Made by a program: the position numbers and the translations under genes. Below are positions 1 to 5,310 of a stretch of 15,673 bases of DNA, piece after piece (positions within the stretch are counted from its first letter, which is position 1; the number at the start of each line of letters is the position of its first letter). The notes below the pieces were generated by a model that was not told where the DNA came from, ran no database searches, and saw nothing but the letters and a program-made list of their open reading frames with translations. The DNA comes from a virus, in the IMG/VR virus record IMGVR_UViG_3300045988_059271, positions 1 to 15,673 of that record; one strand, written 5' to 3'.

Positions 1-99
1 CCGAAAAGCGGGCAAAACCGCCGGAATGTCCGCGGGACGCGGACACATCCGAAACGGCAACTCACTTTAGTCTGCTAAAGTGTCCGCGGGTGACGGACA
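1..99. repeat. Left inverted terminal repeat (ITR-L), 99 bp perfect
   Basis: Bases 1-99 are the exact reverse complement of 15575-15673, compared base by base. It contains three palindromic hairpin motifs: 27-45 tgtccgc/gggac/gcggaca, 63-82 cactttag/tctg/ctaaagtg, and 81-99 tgtccg/cgggtga/cggaca. Confidence 0.95.
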
Positions 100-140
100 A
101 TGGGTGTAGGGTTTATGTGTGTAGGATTAGTGATATAAAT

Positions 141-185
141 TTTCTAGAAATTTTTCTAGAAAAAGTATTGACATATTTCTAGAAA
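141..185. promoter_or_regulatory. Three identical 10-bp palindromes TTTCTAGAAA (141-150, 153-162, 176-185), putative operator array over early promoter P1
   Basis: Exact copies read directly. Copy 2 abuts the -35 box and copy 3 lies in the -35/-10 spacer. I saw no full TTCTAGAA copy elsewhere in the window. Confidence 0.6.
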
Positions 186-196
186 AGTTATATTGT
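168..196 (+). promoter_or_regulatory. Early promoter P1 (sigma-A/sigma-70 type)
   Basis: TTGACA at 168-173, a 17-nt spacer, then TATTGT at 191-196. It is preceded by AAAGTA, the same extended box seen at P2 and P3. Confidence 0.65.
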
Positions 197-250
197 AATA
201 TCAGAAACAAGGAAAACCAATAATACAAAATAGAAATGGAGGAAACAAAA

Positions 251-535
251 ATGAAAGAAATTAAGAGACAAAGTGGATATGAAGTTGTAGTAACAAAATA
301 TGGAAAAGAGATTGTCAGATATAAAGTTGATTCATTATTAACAGCAAATGGATTAGTAAAAACTTTATGTTCACAAGCTATGAAAGAAAATAGTGAAATT
401 TTCTTTTCCATCTATGAAAATGGAATAGAAATAGTAAATGGAGAACATTTTTCGGAAGATGCTTTTTATTACTACTCAGATCTTAGACCGGAAATATTTG
501 CTACTTACAAGATGTCTTGCAATAGAGAACATTAA
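251..535 (+). CDS. Hypothetical early protein (94 aa)
   Basis: ORF track gives 236..535. GGAGGA at 238-243 sits 7 nt before the in-frame ATG at 251, so 251 is the more likely start. No recognisable motifs. Confidence 0.6.
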   Translation: MKEIKRQSGYEVVVTKYGKEIVRYKVDSLLTANGLVKTLCSQAMKENSEIFFSIYENGIEIVNGEHFSEDAFYYYSDLRPEIFATYKMSCNREH

Positions 536-539
536 AAAA

Positions 540-567
540 TGGTATTATAAGTACAGAAACAAGGAAA
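540..567 (+). promoter_or_regulatory. Possible internal early promoter P1b (extended -10) with a conserved leader box
   Basis: TG-n-TATTAT at 540-548. The segment tattataagtacagaaacaaggaaa (543-567) aligns with tattgtaatatcagaaacaaggaaa at P1 (191-215). No good -35. Confidence 0.35.
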
Positions 568-673
568 CGACAAATGAAGATTTATTAAAAGAGTTTAACA
601 TTGATTTATAAAGGAGGAAATTATATAAATAACACGCTGACCTATCGGCAATACGGGGAGAAAAGAGGATAAC

Positions 674-1027
674 ATGAGAATTAATCAAAAAATGACTTAT
701 GAAGAACTTGTTAAAATGCAAAATAGCGTTGCTGACCTGCCTTTCTATGTAACAAGAAAAGTAGGAATGGAGTTTAAAGTGTATGCCTATTCTCACTCGT
801 CTACGACCAACGGTTACATTCGTAAAAAAGCAACCTATAATCCGAAACCATATAAAGGACGTTTTGGTGTAGGGTTTACTGTAAAATCCAACAATTCCGC
901 AAGCACTCGTTATGCTTATTTAACTTATTATATTGAAATCAAACATTCAGTTATCTGTTCTGCTAACGATAATTGTACGTTGTGTCCATTGTATACGATA
1001 GAAAATGGAGAGCACTGTTTATATTAA
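674..1027 (+). CDS. Hypothetical early protein (117 aa) with a Cys-rich C-terminus
   Basis: AGAGGA at 663-668 precedes ATG 674. The C-terminal pattern C-x6-C-x2-C-x11-C could be a small zinc-binding motif. No family recognised. Confidence 0.6.
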   Translation: MRINQKMTYEELVKMQNSVADLPFYVTRKVGMEFKVYAYSHSSTTNGYIRKKATYNPKPYKGRFGVGFTVKSNNSASTRYAYLTYYIEIKHSVICSANDNCTLCPLYTIENGEHCLY

Positions 1028-1039
1028 GGAGGTCTCATC

Positions 1040-1270
1040 ATGAGAGTAAAAGATTTTGTAAAAATGTATCGCGGTATGAAGTGCTTAGAAGTCGAAATTT
1101 ACGCTAGTGTTACCATTTTTAATGAAGAATATTACGTATTAGTAAGGGAATTTGCCATGGATTACGCAAAAGTCTACAGTGAAAGAAAAGAAAACTTCAT
1201 GTCTGAGGAAGTTTTAGGTTTCGAAATTGAGTCCGGTAAATTAAAACTTTTTATTGGGGGGTGCGAATAA
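1040..1270 (+). CDS. Hypothetical early protein (76 aa)
   Basis: AAGGAGG at 1026-1032 is 7 nt before ATG 1040. The TAA stop shares a base with the next ATG (TAATG at 1268-1272). Confidence 0.6.
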   Translation: MRVKDFVKMYRGMKCLEVEIYASVTIFNEEYYVLVREFAMDYAKVYSERKENFMSEEVLGFEIESGKLKLFIGGCE

Positions 1271-1848
1271 TGCCAGCGTCAAAAGACTATAGTATCTACC
1301 AGGAACTCGACTTATCCCTCGACCAGATCAAACGCGAACTTCCACGCGTTGCGCAGGCGGCAAATAGCCGCCTTGCCAAACTGGAAAAAGTTCACGCGCG
1401 TGACCAATGGGAGTATGGGCGTGTAAAAGAATTTTTTGTGTCGCAAGGGCGTGAAAAGAATCGTTTCTTGAAAGGCGTAAAGCGTTCGGATGCATCCATC
1501 CGGCAGGAATGGGATACCATGATTGCGTTTTTGAACTCTCCAGAAACTACTTTGGAGGGATACCGCATTGCGGAGTTACAAAGACGTTTTGATAAGTCAA
1601 AGAAGAAAATTGATGGAGAAGTAACAGAAGATAACTATAAAGACTTGTATCGTTTTCTAACTTCCAATCTCTACAAAAAAAATCTGCGAAAGCAGGTAGC
1701 GTCCGATCAAATTATTGACGATTTTATTTCGAAATTAAATGATAGTGGAATCGAACTAGAAGATATTCTTGACGAATATCAGGAGTTTCTAGATGGATAT
1801 ATAACAGAAGAAGAATTATTTGTGAAAAAAAGAACAAAATTAAAGTGA
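1270..1848 (+). CDS. Candidate terminal protein (TP, DNA-replication primer), 192 aa
   Basis: Lies immediately upstream of, and translationally abutting, the protein-primed DNA polymerase gene, as gene 3 precedes gene 2 in phi29. The genome has ITRs. The protein is highly charged with an acidic C-terminal third. ATG 1270 with the G-rich run 1256-1263 is preferred over GTG 1261. The assignment is positional, not by sequence recognition. Confidence 0.5.
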   Translation: MPASKDYSIYQELDLSLDQIKRELPRVAQAANSRLAKLEKVHARDQWEYGRVKEFFVSQGREKNRFLKGVKRSDASIRQEWDTMIAFLNSPETTLEGYRIAELQRRFDKSKKKIDGEVTEDNYKDLYRFLTSNLYKKNLRKQVASDQIIDDFISKLNDSGIELEDILDEYQEFLDGYITEEELFVKKRTKLK

Positions 1849-1857
1849 GTGAATATA

Positions 1858-4017
1858 ATGTATAAATTAAATGTTCCCGTTATCATAAATGGAATTGAAT
1901 ATGTTTCACGTGAAAAAATTTATTCTGTTTATGATTTTCCTTTTTCCGATTTCCAGACGTTGCGCGAATGCCGCAAATGCGGAAGAAAGAAAAAACCTAT
2001 AGTTTATTATGACGTTGAAATGGCGTTTGATATTGAGACAACCACACTGGAAAAATTAGATTATAAACGCTATAATAAAACAGGGGAAAAAGTAATAAAA
2101 GGTGATGCTTTTATGTATCACTGGCAGTTCTGTTTAAAAGATACGGTCTGTTTCGGACGAACATGGAACGAGTTTATTCGTTTCTGTGAGGGTTTACATT
2201 TGTATTTGAAAACATCTGATACGAAACGCGCTGTAGTCTACGTTCACAATCTTTCATATGAATTTCAGTTCATGAAAGATTTCATTGAATTTGATGAAAT
2301 CTTTGCGCGGGATGCACATAAAGTTATGAAATGTTATGCGTATAAATACGGGATTGAATTTCGATGCTCGTATTTTTTAAGCAACATGAGTCTTTCAAAA
2401 TTTTGTGAAAACAGTGAGGGCGTAACCCACTATAAACTGGTTGATACGTATGACTATAAAAAACTACGTACACCAAAAACACCTTTAACGGACGTTGAAC
2501 AGGGATATTGTTACAACGATGTTCGAGGCTTGTGTGAGTGCATCCGCGCCTTACGGAAAGATGACAACCTTGCAGAAATCCCCCTTACATCAACTGGATA
2601 CGTCCGCCGTGAATTTCGCCGCGCCATGCAAGCAGATAGAGGCTATTATCCGGAAGTCTTTAACGATCTGGCATTAACCTTGCCGCAGTACCAACTCTGC
2701 AAAGATGCGTTCCGTGGCGGCAACACGCACGCCAGCCGCATCCACGCTGGGCACACGATCACGGCGAAAAAGGGTGAATCTGCGATCGTTATGGGTAGTA
2801 TGGATATTTCGAGCAGCTATCCGGCGCAGATCGCAACTGAGTATTATCCAATGAGTGCGTTCCGGGCGGTTGAGATCACAACGCAGGAACAGTTTGACAA
2901 CTTGTGTGCTACCCGCTGTGTTATTATGCGGGTACAATTTGATAATTTACACATCAAAGAAAACATTCCGGTACCATACATCCCGCTGTCGAAGTGCCAG
3001 AAGCACGGGAAAGATTGTGTGATTGATAATGGTCGAGTACTCTCTATTGACTGTTGCGAAATCGCAATGACAGAGATTGAGTTGGAGATCATAAAAAATC
3101 AATATGACTATGATTTCTTTACTGTCTCGGAGTGCTATGTAGCCGCGCGCGGCAAATTACCGGACAGTATGCGTAATACTATGATGGCGTTTTTTATCGC
3201 AAAGAGCCAGTTGAAAGGAAATCCCGATAAAGTCTATGAATACATGAAGTCTAAAAATAAGTTAAACAGTACGTTCGGTATGTGCGTGACCGATCTTTTG
3301 CAGGACGAATGGGCAATGGATGGTTTTACGGGTGAATGGCATCGGGAAAAAGCGGATGCGGAAAAAGCACTGAACACGTATTACGATGGAAAGAATAGTT
3401 TCCTACACTATCAATGGGGTATCTACGTTACCGCCCATGCAAGAAAGCAGTTACAAGATATGCTCGAAGTGGTTGGTATGGATGTAGTATACTGCGACAC
3501 GGACAGTATTAAGTTTTTGCATCCAGAAGTACACATTCCAGAATTTGAAGCGAAAAACAAATTACTTTCAAAACGTGCGATTGAAAACGACATTCCCGCG
3601 TTTTGCGATGTAGGTGAAAAACGCTACATTCTAGGCGTATGGGATATGGATGATCTGTATGTTCAGTTTAAAACCCTGGGGGCAAAGAAATATTGCGGAG
3701 TAGAATGGGACGAAAAAGCGGCACAATCCGGCAAAGACCCCGTGCGTTTTACGTCTACGGTCGCTGGCATGAACAAAAAATTAGGCGCGGAAAATATAAA
3801 GTGCTGTAATAATTTCCGTCTCTGCCGCAGAATGGAAAATGTCGGACGAACGATCAGTTGTTTTAACAACTCGAAACCGCATTATATCAACGTAAACGGG
3901 GAAGAAATTTTGACAGCTAGTAACATCGGAATTATTGATACTACTTATACATTAGGGGTATCGAATGAATACTATGAAGTGTTGGTAAACTCTCAAGACG
4001 GAGTGATACCGGAATAG
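1858..4017 (+). CDS. Family B DNA polymerase, protein-primed type (phi29 gp2-like)
   Basis: Exo I FDIETT (from nt 2029), Exo II HNLSYEFQF, Exo III YCYNDVRGL, motif A DISSSYPAQ, motif B KSKNKLNSTFGM, motif C YCDTDS (3490-3507), and GAKKY. The start is ambiguous between GTG 1849 (directly after the TP stop) and ATG 1858; neither has a good SD. Confidence 0.93.
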   Translation: MYKLNVPVIINGIEYVSREKIYSVYDFPFSDFQTLRECRKCGRKKKPIVYYDVEMAFDIETTTLEKLDYKRYNKTGEKVIKGDAFMYHWQFCLKDTVCFGRTWNEFIRFCEGLHLYLKTSDTKRAVVYVHNLSYEFQFMKDFIEFDEIFARDAHKVMKCYAYKYGIEFRCSYFLSNMSLSKFCENSEGVTHYKLVDTYDYKKLRTPKTPLTDVEQGYCYNDVRGLCECIRALRKDDNLAEIPLTSTGYVRREFRRAMQADRGYYPEVFNDLALTLPQYQLCKDAFRGGNTHASRIHAGHTITAKKGESAIVMGSMDISSSYPAQIATEYYPMSAFRAVEITTQEQFDNLCATRCVIMRVQFDNLHIKENIPVPYIPLSKCQKHGKDCVIDNGRVLSIDCCEIAMTEIELEIIKNQYDYDFFTVSECYVAARGKLPDSMRNTMMAFFIAKSQLKGNPDKVYEYMKSKNKLNSTFGMCVTDLLQDEWAMDGFTGEWHREKADAEKALNTYYDGKNSFLHYQWGIYVTAHARKQLQDMLEVVGMDVVYCDTDSIKFLHPEVHIPEFEAKNKLLSKRAIENDIPAFCDVGEKRYILGVWDMDDLYVQFKTLGAKKYCGVEWDEKAAQSGKDPVRFTSTVAGMNKKLGAENIKCCNNFRLCRRMENVGRTISCFNNSKPHYINVNGEEILTASNIGIIDTTYTLGVSNEYYEVLVNSQDGVIPE

Positions 4018-4026
4018 GAGAATAAA

Positions 4027-4149
4027 ATGAGATTTTTCATCTTTTTTATGTTACTTTTAATCGCAACGGTCTGTGCTTTGCATGAAGAGGAAATAGACCT
4101 TGCTATTCTGCTTTTATTTTTGGATATTTTTTTTATTTTTCTTGTATGA
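4027..4149 (+). CDS. Unannotated 40-aa hydrophobic mini-protein (MRFFIFFMLLLIATVCALHEEEIDLAILLLFLDIFFIFLV)
   Basis: Hand-translated and below the ORF-track size cutoff. AGGAG at 4016-4020 is 6 nt before ATG 4027. Two hydrophobic stretches are separated by HEEEID. The T-richness of the region could also generate such an ORF by chance. Confidence 0.4.
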   Translation: MRFFIFFMLLLIATVCALHEEEIDLAILLLFLDIFFIFLV

Positions 4150-4154
4150 AAGTA

Positions 4155-4183
4155 TTGACATTCTGCCAGAACAGTGCTATTAT
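4155..4183 (+). promoter_or_regulatory. Promoter P2 with a spacer palindrome
   Basis: AAAGTA-TTGACA (4155-4160), a 17-nt spacer, then TATTAT at 4178-4183. The spacer begins with the palindrome TTCTGcCAGAA (4161-4171), related to the TTCTAGAA boxes at P1. Confidence 0.65.
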
Positions 4184-4230
4184 AATACTTGTAAGAAATA
4201 ATAACCACATAAAGTAAAGGAGAAAAAAAC

Positions 4231-4464
4231 ATGGTACGCACAAAAATTGAAAAATGGCAGTACGCTGTCATTGACAGAAAAACAAGACAGGAACTCGGTT
4301 TTTTTGAGTCTGACTCAGAATTAAAATCGCAGAAAGCCAAAAAAGATGCTGTCATCTCGGCAGGACTGCCGGAAGATTCCGTTTGCGTCTTAGTCGACAC
4401 CGTATCTGCCCGCTACGAGATGACGGATGAGCAGTTTTTTGCAGAAGCAACAAGACTGGATTAA
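4231..4464 (+). CDS. Hypothetical protein (77 aa)
   Basis: AAGGAG at 4217-4222 is 8 nt before ATG 4231. No recognisable motifs. Confidence 0.6.
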   Translation: MVRTKIEKWQYAVIDRKTRQELGFFESDSELKSQKAKKDAVISAGLPEDSVCVLVDTVSARYEMTDEQFFAEATRLD

Positions 4465-4466
4465 GC

Positions 4467-4533
4467 GCACAACCGCGGTCTGGAATAGTCCAGATAAGAC
4501 GTAACCGATCAAAGCAACGCGCCGCGGTTTTGC
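4467..4533 (+). other. Structured intergenic element (long-range stem enclosing a hairpin)
   Basis: gcacaaccgcgg (4467-4478) pairs with ccgcggttttgc (4522-4533) with one mismatch. The inner hairpin is tctgga/atag/tccaga (4479-4494). The 3' arm runs into TTTT. Confidence 0.4.
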
Positions 4534-4568
4534 ATAACAAATAAATTAATCAAAAGGAGAACGAAATC

Positions 4569-4988
4569 ATGAGCAAAGCGAAAATGAGACTGAACAACGT
4601 AACTGTTAAATACGCAAAAGAGGAAGACGGAAAAAGTGTTCTTTCCGCGTCTATCTCTGCCGATCAGCAAAAAGACATTTTTGAAAAAATCATCAAAGAG
4701 TTTGGCGAAGATGCCGCCGCAGAAGCAAAATGGATTCCGGCAAAAGAAACCGATAAAAATGATCTTTACGTAAAAGCGCAGACCAACTATAAAGTAGATT
4801 TTTACGAGGACGGAATCGAGAGCGACACCGTTTCTAGTGTTGACGAACTCGGCAAAGGCGCAGTAGTCGACCTCTTCCTCTCGATCGGTGAAAGCAAATT
4901 CCGCCGCGACAAGGGATTCACGGCATACCTTTCCGCCGTAAACGTCCACAAGTTTGGCGATATGAAAAAATTCAATCCGTTTGCTTAA
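4569..4988 (+). CDS. Putative single-stranded DNA-binding protein (T7 gp2.5 / DUF2815-like architecture), 139 aa
   Basis: AAGGAG at 4554-4559 is 9 nt before the ATG. Overall layout resembles gp2.5-type phage SSBs as I remember them: an N-terminal beta-like MRLNNVTVKY segment, a central K/E-rich helix, and a C-terminal aromatic tail FNPFA. It sits in the replication-side module and is followed by a strong terminator. Weak, memory-based similarity only. Confidence 0.4.
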   Translation: MSKAKMRLNNVTVKYAKEEDGKSVLSASISADQQKDIFEKIIKEFGEDAAAEAKWIPAKETDKNDLYVKAQTNYKVDFYEDGIESDTVSSVDELGKGAVVDLFLSIGESKFRRDKGFTAYLSAVNVHKFGDMKKFNPFA

Positions 4989-5097
4989 CTACATATGACG
5001 GCGATACGTGCCCCGACTGTCGGACGGTAACTTGTGTGTTTAAGTAATCTGTAGTTGATTGTTACAATCTTGTATGTTGAAAAACTCCATACGTGTG

Positions 5098-5130
5098 AGA
5101 GAGCTACGTTTTCCAGCGTAGCTCTTTTTA
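5098..5130 (+). terminator. Rho-independent terminator
   Basis: Stem gagctacg (5101-5108) pairs with cgtagctc (5117-5124) around the loop ttttccag, followed by TTTTTA. It can be extended by A:T and G:T pairs. Confidence 0.8.
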
Positions 5131-5142
5131 TACCCAGCGAAG

Positions 5143-5252
5143 CTCTGCCGCCCTCTGCCGTCCATCTGCAAGCAAAACGTGCGATCATCGTGCGATTAAC
5201 GTGAGATTGACTGCGGAGAGACTGGCGGGGAACTGGCGGGACGCGGAGCGGG
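5143..5252. repeat. G/C-rich block of helically phased short direct repeats
   Basis: ctctgccg occurs twice at 10-bp spacing (5143, 5153). cgtgcgat, cgtgcgat and cgtgagat occur at 11-bp spacing (5178, 5189, 5200). actggcggg occurs twice at 11-bp spacing (5221, 5232). gcggag occurs at 5213 and 5243. Confidence 0.7.
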
Positions 5253-5298
5253 ATGTGAAAACGATAGAAAGGAGGATGTGAAACAAAAAATGTTTCAC
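5251..5298 (+). promoter_or_regulatory. GGATGTGAAA direct repeat plus an 8-bp-stem palindrome overlapping the uORF start
   Basis: ggatgtgaaa occurs at 5251-5260 and 5274-5283. The palindrome is gtgaaaca/aaaaa/tgtttcac at 5278-5298. GGAGGA is at 5271-5276. Confidence 0.5.
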
Positions 5299-5310
5299 GT
5301 AAAACAATGA
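5290..5310 (+). CDS. 6-codon upstream ORF (MFHVKQ) overlapping the ATPase start in ATGA
   Basis: ATG 5290 lies 13 nt after GGAGGA, the only SD in the region. Its TGA stop (5308-5310) overlaps ATG 5307 of the ATPase gene, which has no SD of its own. Confidence 0.35.
   Translation: MFHVKQ

Noticed and set aside
236-250. ATG 236 as the start of the first gene; likewise GTG 1261, GTG 7074, GTG 10449 and ATG 6588 as given by the ORF track
   Set aside because: In each case an AGGAGG-like SD lies inside the proposed 5' extension at proper spacing from a downstream in-frame ATG, so the shorter forms are preferred. The longer forms cannot be excluded without N-terminal data.
611-617. AAGGAGG as the RBS of a missed gene
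   Set aside because: No ATG, GTG or TTG at usable spacing opens an ORF longer than 2 codons. The in-frame TTG 601 ORF (23 codons) starts upstream of the SD. It is treated as part of the leader.
5057-5069. The palindrome gattgt-t-acaatc and the small hairpin ccga-ctg-tcgg (5013-5023) in the 3' UTR of the putative SSB gene, as regulatory sites
   Set aside because: They are short, isolated and not repeated elsewhere, so they are compatible with chance in a 110-nt UTR. The UTR as a whole could still yield a 3'-derived sRNA ending at the 5098-5130 terminator, but there is no direct support for that.
5277-5299. A CRP/FNR-type site (TGTGA...TCAC)
   Set aside because: The half-sites are separated by 11 nt rather than 6, and a Gram-positive host context is likely. 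It is better described as a hairpin or operator of unknown specificity.
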